DNA of 64,000 bases from Pseudomonadota bacterium. Lineage in GTDB: Bacteria; Pseudomonadota; Alphaproteobacteria; Paracaedibacterales; CAITNM01. Positions 1 through 9,167 of this stretch are shown piece by piece. How positions within the stretch are numbered: position 1 is the first letter of the stretch; the number at the start of each line of letters is the position of its first letter. The notes beneath the pieces are model-generated. The model had not been told where the DNA came from. It did no database searches and saw only the letters and a program-made list of their open reading frames with translations. The translations under genes were made by a program, and so were the position numbers. The DNA lies in contig JBKCOJ010000005.1 in assembly GCA_046309815.1 (NCBI GenBank), positions 263,144 to 327,143 of the forward strand, read 5' to 3'.

Positions 1-299
1 AGGAAGAAAATGACGATTTGTGGCACGAAATATCCTGCTTTTCAGCAACAATAAAACCATATGAGTTACTGAGCACAGGGCCCGAAATGGAAAAATTATT
101 AGATCTTGTTTTCAAAGATTTACAACCTGTTGTTTCACGTGAAACAAACTTGTCATTTCGTTGCACGTGTAGCAAAGAAAAAATTATGAATATACTTAAA
201 TCTTTTGAAGCAGCAGAAAATCAAGACGAGTCCACTGAAATCATTTGTGAATATTGTCACTCAAAATATGTTATAGACAAAAACGAAATAGACCCATAA
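1..299 (+). CDS. hslO: Hsp33 redox-regulated chaperone, C-terminal fragment (gene begins upstream of window)
   Basis: The frame is open to the window edge. C-terminal zinc-centre pattern CTCSKEK...CEYCHSKY (CxC ... CxxC) is typical of Hsp33. Confidence 0.8.
   Translation, partial: EENDDLWHEISCFSATIKPYELLSTGPEMEKLLDLVFKDLQPVVSRETNLSFRCTCSKEKIMNILKSFEAAENQDESTEIICEYCHSKYVIDKNEIDP
131..146. promoter_or_regulatory. parS: parS centromere site (ParB binding), copy 1
   Basis: Perfect 16-bp palindrome TGTTTCACGTGAAACA, identical to the canonical parS consensus. It lies inside hslO coding sequence (encodes VVSRETN). Confidence 0.9.
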
Positions 300-330
300 A
301 ATTTAAAAATAAGATTTATTTTCATTTTCA

Positions 331-891
331 ATGCCCACAGATATTTTTGATACGTTTTCTTTCGAGCTAATTAAATGGAATAAATCTATAAATTTAATTC
401 AAGAAAAAACAGAAAATACTCTCTACGAGCGTCACATAAAAAATTCCCTAGATCTGAAGCCGTTCATAAACTATGAGAGCGATGTTGTTTTAGATATAGG
501 ATCAGGCGCCGGATTTCCCGGGATTATACTTTCCATTGATGGCGCAAAAAATGTACATCTCGTGGAACCTAACAAGAAACGGGTGACATTTTTAAATCAC
601 ATCAAAAACTTATATGATTTGCCTGTCACAATTCATGAATGCCGTTGGCAAGATCTTGACTTGTTAGAGTTCTCTATTATCACAAGTCGAGCTTTTGCAT
701 CACTAAAAGACACATTAGAAATTATGGATTTTGTTTCACGTGAAACAAAACAACTAAAAGGCTTGTTTTTGAAAGGTGAAAAAATTCAGGAAGAAATTTC
801 AGAAGCAAGAGAAAAGTGGTTATTTGAAGTAGAAATTTTTCCAAGTTCAGCCGGATGCGTTGCAAAAATAGAAAGGGTTCAAAAAAAATGA
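331..891 (+). CDS. rsmG: 16S rRNA (guanine527-N7)-methyltransferase RsmG/GidB
   Basis: SAM-binding motif LDIGSGAGFPGI. About 186 aa. Classical gidB-parA-parB order. Confidence 0.9.
   Translation: MPTDIFDTFSFELIKWNKSINLIQEKTENTLYERHIKNSLDLKPFINYESDVVLDIGSGAGFPGIILSIDGAKNVHLVEPNKKRVTFLNHIKNLYDLPVTIHECRWQDLDLLEFSIITSRAFASLKDTLEIMDFVSRETKQLKGLFLKGEKIQEEISEAREKWLFEVEIFPSSAGCVAKIERVQKK
732..747. promoter_or_regulatory. parS: parS centromere site (ParB binding), copy 2
   Basis: Second perfect TGTTTCACGTGAAACA. The palindrome extends to 22 bp (729..750). It lies inside rsmG (encodes FVSRETK), about 140 bp upstream of parA. Confidence 0.9.
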
Positions 892-1649
892 CAGCAAAAA
901 TCATTATGTTTGCCAATCAAAAGGGTGGCGTAGGAAAAACCACAACAGCAGTTAACATGGCAACTATTATTGCAGCATCTCGTTATAAAACACTCCTCAT
1001 AGATTTCGACCCCCAGGGAAATAGCACTTCTGGAGTTAATGGAGACAAAAATCATCCAGGCACCTACGAATGGATGGTTGGCTCGCAACTTAGCTCAATT
1101 CAGCACACATATATTCCAGATTTACATCTTATTAGCGCAAATATGAACTTAGCTGCAGCTGATGTTGAGCTCCTTCAAAAGCATGATAAAGAATTCATTC
1201 TTCAAAAAAATCTAGATAAATATAAAAATTTTTATGACTATATCATTGTGGACTGTCCGCCATCGCTAGGACTTCTAACAATTAATGCTTTAACAGCAAG
1301 CACACATATCATCGTCCCCATGCAATGTGAATATTATGCATTAGAAGGCATAAGCCATATCATGCAAATCATTCAACGCATTCAAGGCGGCTTTAATCCC
1401 AATCTTCAATTATTGGGAATTTTATTAACTATGTATGATCGCCGTAGTTCACTCAATCAGCAAATTGCTAATGATATACGTTTTCATTTTCAGCAAAAAG
1501 TTTTCAATTCAGTCATCCCGAGAAATGTAAAAATTGCAGAAGCACCTTCACATGGAAAACCTATCATTTTATATGATGTTAAAAGCACTGGCGCTATATC
1601 ATATATGGACGCAACAAAAGAACTACTACAACGTGTAAGCATTAATTAG
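888..1649 (+). CDS. parA: Chromosome partitioning ATPase ParA/Soj
   Basis: Deviant Walker A QKGGVGKTTTAVN. The ATG at 888 overlaps the rsmG stop (ATGA), so the ORF-track start at 855 is probably an over-extension. Confidence 0.95.
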   Translation: MTAKIIMFANQKGGVGKTTTAVNMATIIAASRYKTLLIDFDPQGNSTSGVNGDKNHPGTYEWMVGSQLSSIQHTYIPDLHLISANMNLAAADVELLQKHDKEFILQKNLDKYKNFYDYIIVDCPPSLGLLTINALTASTHIIVPMQCEYYALEGISHIMQIIQRIQGGFNPNLQLLGILLTMYDRRSSLNQQIANDIRFHFQQKVFNSVIPRNVKIAEAPSHGKPIILYDVKSTGAISYMDATKELLQRVSIN

Positions 1650-1658
1650 GAGAAAATA

Positions 1659-2522
1659 ATGGCTATAGCAAACAGATCACCACTTGGAAAAGGTCTTGCC
1701 GCCTTATTAGGAGAAACAAGCATTTCTTATGCGCAACAAACACCTCAATCAATAGAAATTACAAAAATTCAGCCAGGCATAAATCAGCCAAGGCAAGAAT
1801 TTTCAACGGAAGAACTTTCTGATCTCATGCTTTCAATACAGAGAAAAGGAATTTTACAACCTCTGCTTGTTAGAAAAATAGAGCATGATAAATTTGAAAT
1901 TATTGCAGGTGAAAGACGTTGGAGAGCAGCAAACCAGGCAGGTCTTGACCGCGTTCCTGTAGTGATTATCAATTGCAATGATCAAGAAGCTCTAGAAATA
2001 GGGTTGATTGAAAATTTACAGCGTCATGATTTAAATCCTATTGAAGAAGCTGAAGCCATAAAACGATTACAAGTAGAATTCAATTTAACACAAGAACAAA
2101 TCGCAAATAGTATAGGCAAAAGTAGAAGCTACGTTGCAAACATGATAAGGCTAACCACGCTTTCTCAAGACATTAAAATTCTCATTCGCGAAAATAAGTT
2201 AAGCGCAGGCCATGCACGAGCAATTATCACGGCAGAAAATCCAGATGCACTTGTCGAACAAATTTTGTCTCAAAAACTTAATGTCCGGGACGTTGAAAAA
2301 TTAGCAAAACAAAAGAAACTTCCGCAGGCCAGCAACACTAACGGGAAGAATCAAAGCATTAGCGCATCTGATCCAGATATTCTAGCAATCACTGAGCTTT
2401 TAGAAAACACTCTTGAAATGAAAGTGAATCTTAATGTTAAAGGAGAAGAAGGAAACCTTGTCATTCATTTCAAAAAATTAAGCCAGCTAGATCAACTGCT
2501 TAATATTTTGCAACAACAATAA
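1659..2522 (+). CDS. parB: Chromosome partitioning protein ParB/Spo0J
   Basis: ParB box IIAGERRWRAA, an HTH region and a C-terminal dimerisation region. Lies directly downstream of parA. Confidence 0.95.
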   Translation: MAIANRSPLGKGLAALLGETSISYAQQTPQSIEITKIQPGINQPRQEFSTEELSDLMLSIQRKGILQPLLVRKIEHDKFEIIAGERRWRAANQAGLDRVPVVIINCNDQEALEIGLIENLQRHDLNPIEEAEAIKRLQVEFNLTQEQIANSIGKSRSYVANMIRLTTLSQDIKILIRENKLSAGHARAIITAENPDALVEQILSQKLNVRDVEKLAKQKKLPQASNTNGKNQSISASDPDILAITELLENTLEMKVNLNVKGEEGNLVIHFKKLSQLDQLLNILQQQ

Positions 2523-2527
2523 TAAAA

Positions 2528-2613
2528 TGGTGGAAGGGGCGGGATTCGAACCTGCGTAGACATACGTCGGCAGATTTACAGTCTGCTGCCTTTAACCACT
2601 CGGCCACCCTTCC
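2528..2613 (-). tRNA. tRNA-Tyr (anticodon GUA), CCA encoded
   Basis: The reverse complement folds as a cloverleaf. Acceptor GGAAGGG/CCCTTCC, anticodon stem-loop GCAGA-CTGTAAA-TCTGC, long variable arm, TTCGAAT T-loop. One A-C mismatch in the T stem. Confidence 0.9.
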
Positions 2614-2794
2614 AAAGGTCTGTCCACAATAAGAAATTTTAATCGCGGCGTCAAACAAAAACATTTAGACACTAAACAAAAAGAAAAATCAAAACATAAA
2701 TAATTTCAGGAAGTTCAGAATCTCCTCTCAGGAATTTCTTGCTATTCCCTCTAAAAATACTCATAATTTTATTAAAATACATTCTTTAACACTT

Positions 2795-4123
2795 ATGTCA
2801 CCTACAACACTGTCAAATGTTTATAAAGTTCAGTGGCATGAGGGAATGCTACTAAGCCCTCAGCACTTTCAATACAACGAACAAAGAATTGAGCAACTTC
2901 TTTACACACACCTGCTTTCTAATGCTTACACGTGCTGGGGTGTCTTAGAGCTCGATATTGATAAAAATTTATTAAATCAAGGTATTTTGGAGTTTACGCA
3001 CATTTTTGCAGTGTTACCGGACGGATCTGTTGTTCTTCACAGCCTAGACAATAAAAACACTGCATCGCAGAACACATCTCTTCGTTATAATTTAAATAGT
3101 CTAGAGCTCAAAAGTTCAACTGAAATTACTATTTGTTTATGCCTACACCAAACAACAGATAACAAAAAACGTTATGATTCAATTGAATACTCTAACATTA
3201 CAGATGAAAACAGCCCGGATAATGTTATTAATTTACCTATTTTGCGACCCAAAATTTTTCTCAATATAGGAGAGGTCCCAAATGAATGTGTAGGGTTTCC
3301 GATTATAAAGCTAGATTTTGATGGAAAGCAATTTTCTTTGCGACCATTTCTATCTGCATCTTTAAAAATACCGGAGAATCATGCAATTAGAAAAAATCTA
3401 GCAGAAATTACCTTAAATCTACGTCAAAAAGCCGCATATTTAATTAATAAATCACAACAAGTAACCTCGCCTTCCTTATTACGAGAAACATTGCAAACGC
3501 TAAAACCACTCATTTCTGCTCTTTGCATTCTTGAGCCAATAGCAACCATTGAAAAACTTCATCCTGAGCGCCTATTTGATCAATTACTAAACGTTGCCGC
3601 TCACTTGTTACCTCTTCAAACCACACAAATTCCTAAAGTTCTACCGACTTATAATCATTTCAATCCGAGCGATAGCTTGGATTATTTTTTAAATCTTTTC
3701 GAAAAAACAGTTTCATCTATTCAACAACGCTATTTAAGTATTCCATTTCATCAGCAAGAAAGATTGTTTTACTTACACATACACCCGAATTATCTAAACG
3801 ATGATTTGCATATAGGCTTCCGCTGTCCACCTGGCATGAGCGAAAAGCAAATGCATGATTGGGTACAAGAGTCAATTATCAGCGCTGACGAAAAAATTGA
3901 AGTCGTAACCACGAGGCGAATTTCCGGAGCACAAAGAACATTATTAAATAATGATCAACTAGGAGACTTAATACCAAATCCAGGGACCCTTATTTTTACT
4001 ATTAAAAAAGGAGATGAATTTATTAAGGCTAAAAATAATTTAAATATTTTTAATCCAGGAGATAGTCCAGAAAAAAGGCCTATAGATATCACCCTTTTTG
4101 TTTCGCAGAATGATTCTCCATGA
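2795..4123 (+). CDS. tssK: Type VI secretion baseplate protein TssK (ImpJ/VasE family)
   Basis: N-terminal VQWHEGMLLSPQHFQ signature of TssK. 442 aa, the typical size. Confidence 0.9.
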   Translation: MSPTTLSNVYKVQWHEGMLLSPQHFQYNEQRIEQLLYTHLLSNAYTCWGVLELDIDKNLLNQGILEFTHIFAVLPDGSVVLHSLDNKNTASQNTSLRYNLNSLELKSSTEITICLCLHQTTDNKKRYDSIEYSNITDENSPDNVINLPILRPKIFLNIGEVPNECVGFPIIKLDFDGKQFSLRPFLSASLKIPENHAIRKNLAEITLNLRQKAAYLINKSQQVTSPSLLRETLQTLKPLISALCILEPIATIEKLHPERLFDQLLNVAAHLLPLQTTQIPKVLPTYNHFNPSDSLDYFLNLFEKTVSSIQQRYLSIPFHQQERLFYLHIHPNYLNDDLHIGFRCPPGMSEKQMHDWVQESIISADEKIEVVTTRRISGAQRTLLNNDQLGDLIPNPGTLIFTIKKGDEFIKAKNNLNIFNPGDSPEKRPIDITLFVSQNDSP

Positions 4124-4920
4124 AAATGCTTAATCTCTTTCATCATGGCATCATAAGTACTGAATTTGACGCGTTCTATTATGAGCTATTGCGCGTGAAA
4201 GAAGCCGCTTTAAGAAGCAGCAGCGCTTCCCCTCTCGCAGCAGAAGAACAAATTGATGACCCAAAAACAATAACAGTATCTGGGCCAGTTTTGTCATTGC
4301 AAGAAAGAGTCGTTATTTTTTTTAATCAACAACGTGAAAAGCTTCATCGAGTTTCCATTGGTCCAAATGCAATTTTTATACAAGAAGCATTATATGTTTT
4401 TATCACATTGGCCGATGAAATCATGATAAATCTGCCTTGGCATGGGGCAGATTATTGGAGAAAAAATTGTCTAGAAACTAAAATCTTTCAAACACAAGTC
4501 GGTGGAGAAAAAATATTTACCCAAATAGATAGCCTTTTAAAAACTAACGATCCTCTTCAACGAGAGCTCGCTAGAGTTTATTTATTATCACTCTCCTTGG
4601 GATTTCAAGGTCGGTTTCGCGAACAAGATAATCATCAAATTCTTTCATATAAACAGCAACTATTCAGCTTTATCTATCATCGCTCGCCCAGATTGATTCA
4701 AGGTGGATATGATAATTTGCTCGATGATTCATTAATGTCTGTCTTCACAGAAACTCCCACAAAAGGGCTGCCAGATATACGACCATGGTCACTAGTCGCT
4801 CTCAGTGTCATAATCATCTATTTATTCGTAAGTTATGGGGTGTGGACTATTATCTCGCAAGATCTTCATGAAGTTCTTCAGGGTATTTTTCACCTTACAA
4901 AACAAGGCCCGGTAATCTAA
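4120..4920 (+). CDS. tssL: Type VI secretion membrane protein TssL (DotU/IcmH family)
   Basis: DotU core (LADEIMINLPW ... YLLSLSLGFQGRFR) followed by a single C-terminal TM helix (WSLVALSVIIIYLFVSYGVW). No peptidoglycan-binding extension. ATGA overlap with tssK. Confidence 0.85.
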   Translation: MKMLNLFHHGIISTEFDAFYYELLRVKEAALRSSSASPLAAEEQIDDPKTITVSGPVLSLQERVVIFFNQQREKLHRVSIGPNAIFIQEALYVFITLADEIMINLPWHGADYWRKNCLETKIFQTQVGGEKIFTQIDSLLKTNDPLQRELARVYLLSLSLGFQGRFREQDNHQILSYKQQLFSFIYHRSPRLIQGGYDNLLDDSLMSVFTETPTKGLPDIRPWSLVALSVIIIYLFVSYGVWTIISQDLHEVLQGIFHLTKQGPVI

Positions 4921-7900
4921 TGTCACCAACATTATTAAACTTTACTCAGTTTCTGGAAAGCCAAACAAGCAGCCTATCTGGTCTTATTTTTTTACTATTA
5001 TTTTTTGGCATTATCATTGCATTAATTTGTATCCTAGTTATCAACAAAAGCATCAGCAAAAGTAAGCCCATAAGTTTGGAAAAAAAAGGATCTCTTTTTA
5101 AAAGAGAGTTTTCTCTGCCTCCTCTTGGAGGCATCATTACAACCTTTTTGATAAGACATAAATGGATAGAAGTTAATTCTATTAGTCAAATTTTTCTAAA
5201 AGGTTTTGAGTTTTTAAAAAAACATCTAGGTGAAAACGCAGTATACATGCTCCCGTGGTATTTAGTGATTGGTGCAAAAAATTCAGGAAAATCCACACTT
5301 GTAAATCAAACCCAACTGCACGAACCTCACGGAAGTCCAGATTTTAGTTTGCACGAACCAAATCCATCTATTCGTTGGAAGTTTTTTAGTAGAGGCGTTC
5401 TTATCGACGTAGCAGGACGATTATTTTTAAATGATCCTGAAACCGAAACAGACACTAACTCCTGGCGCAATTTACTTATTTTGCTAGCCAGATACAGAGC
5501 AAAAAGGCCGTTAAACGGTATTATTCTTTGTATAAACGCGCAAGATCTTTATGGAAAGGAAAAACTAACTCCAGACGCACTACAAACTCGGGCTAACAAC
5601 ATATTGCATACTCTTAACAGAATGCAAAGTAGTCTATGCATGAGATTGCCTGTTTATGTAATGATTACTCATTGCGATATAATTCCCGGATTTCAATGCT
5701 TTTCACAAGAATTGCCATCAAAAAACAGAGAAAATATTCTAGGGTGGTCAAGTCCATATAACTTGCAATATATGTATTCCCCTAGCTGGATGGAGGAAGC
5801 ATTTCAATATCTTGATGAGAAAATAGATGGGTTGCGCACTGAATTGTTAAGTTCTGACATAAATCCAAATAATGCGGATAGCTTGTTTATCTTCTCAAAA
5901 GAACTTCTAACAATATCCGAAAATCTTGGCGGATATTTAAATCGTATTTTTCACAATAGCGTTGTTCATGAAGCCCCAATACTTAGAGGCATTTATTTTA
6001 CAGGTCATGAGTTTACAACTCTATCGGCTCCAAAAGATGAAGTATCAAAAATATCGTTAGAAGCACACAATAATAAATCCATCTCTCTTGTTTTTCTGAA
6101 AGATTTATTTCATTCAAAAATATTTTCAGAAATAGGGATAGCTAGGCCACTAGCTGGAAAAATAAGCCTACTGAATCGCGGTATCAATTTAATACGTGGA
6201 GCTACCATTTGCTTTGTGTTATTTGCCACGTATGGAATATTTAATTCTTATGATTCCTTTGGAGAAAAAAAAGAACGGATTTTGCCTGTTTTATCAAAAA
6301 TGAGTAGCCTGTTAAGAGATATGCAGCATCTGAAAATTGATGAACCCGGCCACTCGGCATCTCTTTTTGACACCTATGCGCGACAACTTCTAGAAATGAT
6401 GCAAGAACTTCAACGAACTGAGTTCTTTTCCGTAGCTATTCCAGCTTCTTGGTTCAGCCCTCTTCACAAAGACATCCATGTTAGTTTACAGGTTGCGTAT
6501 CAAGAGATTGTTATTCGAACAATTTACGTAGATCTATTAATGAAGGCTCGTGATTTATTGCAATTGCGACCATCCAGCGCTGATAGATCAAATTCATTAT
6601 CTGCACTTTTAAATCCATTATCATCAAGCGAATATCTTCTTTTGAAAAAATATGTAGAAGGCCTACATGAGCTAAATGATATGCTTTTTAAGTTTAATAA
6701 TCTAAAAAGCGCTCCTGATGCTAGAGATCTTGATAGCCTTGTGATGTATACATTTGGATCACATCTACCTGAGAGTTTCATTGGGCAGTATGCAGATTTT
6801 AGAAAACTATTGAACGAATCTTCATATCCTTTAATAGACCTAAAACCTTATCAACAAATGGCACGCCAAACCCTTTCTGTGCTTTATGAGAATTTTTTAA
6901 ACTCCCTGTTTTCTAAAAATGATCCACTAACATTAATGTCCCGCCTTCAAATTTTAATAGACCAATTACAAAGCCAGCAAGAAAGACGCTTAATTGAACT
7001 TACGAGCCTTAGGAATGCTGTGGGTGATTTAACTGCAACTCTTCCCTCATTAGGTGAGGCGGGATCAACCTGGATGGATGGAAAGAATTTTATGCCGGGA
7101 AAGGAATTCGACAAACTTTTAGATTATATAGATTTGTCTCCCCTTTTTGGAAAAGATGTTGGGCAGTATTTGGTTGATCAAACAGCCATAGGATTTAACC
7201 GTCTTAAGAGCTTTTTAGTCATAATTAATGAATCTTTGGCAGATAAAGGAATTAATCAAAAATCTCTGCCTTTATCACATGGCCTACTAAATCTAGGAAA
7301 ATGTCTTTCGTCTTTATTCAAATTCAGCTTTATGGGAGCCCCAACAGGAAAACCGCTAACAACTAAGATTCCCTCTGGAAAACTTGTATATTGGGACAAA
7401 AGTCTTGTTCAGGCGGCATATAATGCGATGAAAGATTTTGATGCTTTTATCAGTAAAGATTTACTCGAATACCCGCTTTCTATTCAAGAAAACATAAAAA
7501 TCGCAGCAAGAATAAATTTACAAGAAATCTTAGAGTCCTCCCTAGGAAAAGCCCAAACCTTTATTGACACACCAAAAGACATAAAGCCAGGAACTGAATC
7601 AGAAAGAATATTGAGAGCGCAAATTAATGACTTTAAAGCGGTTTCTGAAATCCTTGGTAAGCTATTAGAAATTTTGAAAAATGACGACGTTAGTAAAGCA
7701 TACATAGATCTTCGCAATATACTTTGCAACCAATCTCAGTGGCTGCTCTCACATATAGATATCTATACCAATCAGCATAAACCCTACAAAATGAAGTCGG
7801 ATGATTTTTCATGGTGGGATGGAAAATCTGGAGCAGCTATAGGAGCTTTCGCTGTTCGAGATGCCAATGATTTAAAGCACTATATAACCGTTCAAAGAGA

Positions 7901-9167
7901 GCTATTAATTGCTACCGTAAATGATTTTGCCAAACCAATTGTGGAGCTTCTAAAAAGCCCTGCTTTTGATAGTGCTGAAGATAGAGATGAAGCGCTTATA
8001 GAAAAATGGATAAGATTAACCGAGCAAGTAGAAAAATACGAAAAGAAACAACCAGACAATTCTTTAGCCCAACTAGAAAACTTTATCCTTAAAGATCTCA
8101 ATGCTAGCAATTACAAAGACATTCTTAAAATGCCTAATATTGAAGAGCTCAAAGAGCCTTCTGGTGATTATTTACTAGAAATATTGCGTGAAATTAAAAT
8201 AAAGCTTTTATCCAAGGCGGAAGTCTTGCAGCGCCAACATGCCATTATAAATTACAAAAAATTGGCTTCATTTTTCAACAAAAATTTGAAAGAAAAATTT
8301 CCATTTGTTGGAGTAACTCTTGATAAAAATTCAGGAGAAGCAAGTCCAGAAGATATTCGAGAGTTTTTCAACATCTTTAAAGAATGCGGAAATTCCACGA
8401 AAGAGATTTTAGATCAACTTTATCAAATTGGATCTGAAATGAAAGAAATTGTGCAATTTTTAATGGCTATGGAGGATGTCAAACAATTTCTTGATGCATA
8501 TTTAAAAGATCCCAATATCGACAAACCAACATTTAAAATAAATGTTGACTTCAGAATTGCCAGAGAAAAAGAAAAAGGCGGCAATATTATTGTTGATTGG
8601 TACTTAAAAACAGATGAAATAACAACAATCGATAAACATGACAAAAAGACAGAAGGCAGCTGGACATTCGGGAACCCAATAACAGTTGGTTTTAAGTGGC
8701 CAGAAACAGGAACATCACCTAAACCAACCTCAGACACCAATCAGCCATCCTTAAAAGTAGAGGGAGAAACAGCTGAATTTGTATATGACAGCCAGTGGGC
8801 GCTTTTGTGGTTGCTTCGCAATCATCTTGCCCCCAATGGCTCTTTTTCGAAGATAACAGACCCGAACCCATATGTATTAAAATTTAGCCTCCCCTTAACA
8901 GACCAAACCTTCACCACTGTATTTAATTCTGTTAGTCTTCTTGATTCTTCTGGCAAAAAAGGTGCGCCTAAAATTATTACTCTGCCGAAATTCCCAACTC
9001 TCGCGCCCAAACTGCCACAGGAAATAGAAGAAATAAAAGAGCAACCCATTTTAACAGAAGGAAAAGTTGAAGCGATAAGCTTTGAAGATTTAAGCGAGAA
9101 ACCAAAAAAACTGACTAAAGAAAGCCCCTCAGAAGAAGAAACAGAAGAAAAAGATGATGGTGAATAA
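4920..9167 (+). CDS. tssM: Type VI secretion membrane protein TssM (IcmF family), 1415 aa
   Basis: N-terminal TM helices, Walker A GAKNSGKST, LIDVAGR motif and a large IcmF-like periplasmic portion. The start overlaps the tssL stop by 1 nt. Confidence 0.9.
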   Translation: MSPTLLNFTQFLESQTSSLSGLIFLLLFFGIIIALICILVINKSISKSKPISLEKKGSLFKREFSLPPLGGIITTFLIRHKWIEVNSISQIFLKGFEFLKKHLGENAVYMLPWYLVIGAKNSGKSTLVNQTQLHEPHGSPDFSLHEPNPSIRWKFFSRGVLIDVAGRLFLNDPETETDTNSWRNLLILLARYRAKRPLNGIILCINAQDLYGKEKLTPDALQTRANNILHTLNRMQSSLCMRLPVYVMITHCDIIPGFQCFSQELPSKNRENILGWSSPYNLQYMYSPSWMEEAFQYLDEKIDGLRTELLSSDINPNNADSLFIFSKELLTISENLGGYLNRIFHNSVVHEAPILRGIYFTGHEFTTLSAPKDEVSKISLEAHNNKSISLVFLKDLFHSKIFSEIGIARPLAGKISLLNRGINLIRGATICFVLFATYGIFNSYDSFGEKKERILPVLSKMSSLLRDMQHLKIDEPGHSASLFDTYARQLLEMMQELQRTEFFSVAIPASWFSPLHKDIHVSLQVAYQEIVIRTIYVDLLMKARDLLQLRPSSADRSNSLSALLNPLSSSEYLLLKKYVEGLHELNDMLFKFNNLKSAPDARDLDSLVMYTFGSHLPESFIGQYADFRKLLNESSYPLIDLKPYQQMARQTLSVLYENFLNSLFSKNDPLTLMSRLQILIDQLQSQQERRLIELTSLRNAVGDLTATLPSLGEAGSTWMDGKNFMPGKEFDKLLDYIDLSPLFGKDVGQYLVDQTAIGFNRLKSFLVIINESLADKGINQKSLPLSHGLLNLGKCLSSLFKFSFMGAPTGKPLTTKIPSGKLVYWDKSLVQAAYNAMKDFDAFISKDLLEYPLSIQENIKIAARINLQEILESSLGKAQTFIDTPKDIKPGTESERILRAQINDFKAVSEILGKLLEILKNDDVSKAYIDLRNILCNQSQWLLSHIDIYTNQHKPYKMKSDDFSWWDGKSGAAIGAFAVRDANDLKHYITVQRELLIATVNDFAKPIVELLKSPAFDSAEDRDEALIEKWIRLTEQVEKYEKKQPDNSLAQLENFILKDLNASNYKDILKMPNIEELKEPSGDYLLEILREIKIKLLSKAEVLQRQHAIINYKKLASFFNKNLKEKFPFVGVTLDKNSGEASPEDIREFFNIFKECGNSTKEILDQLYQIGSEMKEIVQFLMAMEDVKQFLDAYLKDPNIDKPTFKINVDFRIAREKEKGGNIIVDWYLKTDEITTIDKHDKKTEGSWTFGNPITVGFKWPETGTSPKPTSDTNQPSLKVEGETAEFVYDSQWALLWLLRNHLAPNGSFSKITDPNPYVLKFSLPLTDQTFTTVFNSVSLLDSSGKKGAPKIITLPKFPTLAPKLPQEIEEIKEQPILTEGKVEAISFEDLSEKPKKLTKESPSEEETEEKDDGE

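Noticed and set aside
2731-2748. Possible sigma-54 (-24/-12) promoter, or an operator, upstream of tssK: caGGaatttctTGCtattcc, which also forms the inverted repeat GGAAT-N8-ATTCC.
   Set aside because: The GG and GC elements are 10 nt apart rather than the 12 nt of the TGGCACG-N4-TTGCW consensus, and the flanking bases do not match. The 5-bp inverted repeat is too short to be significant on its own.
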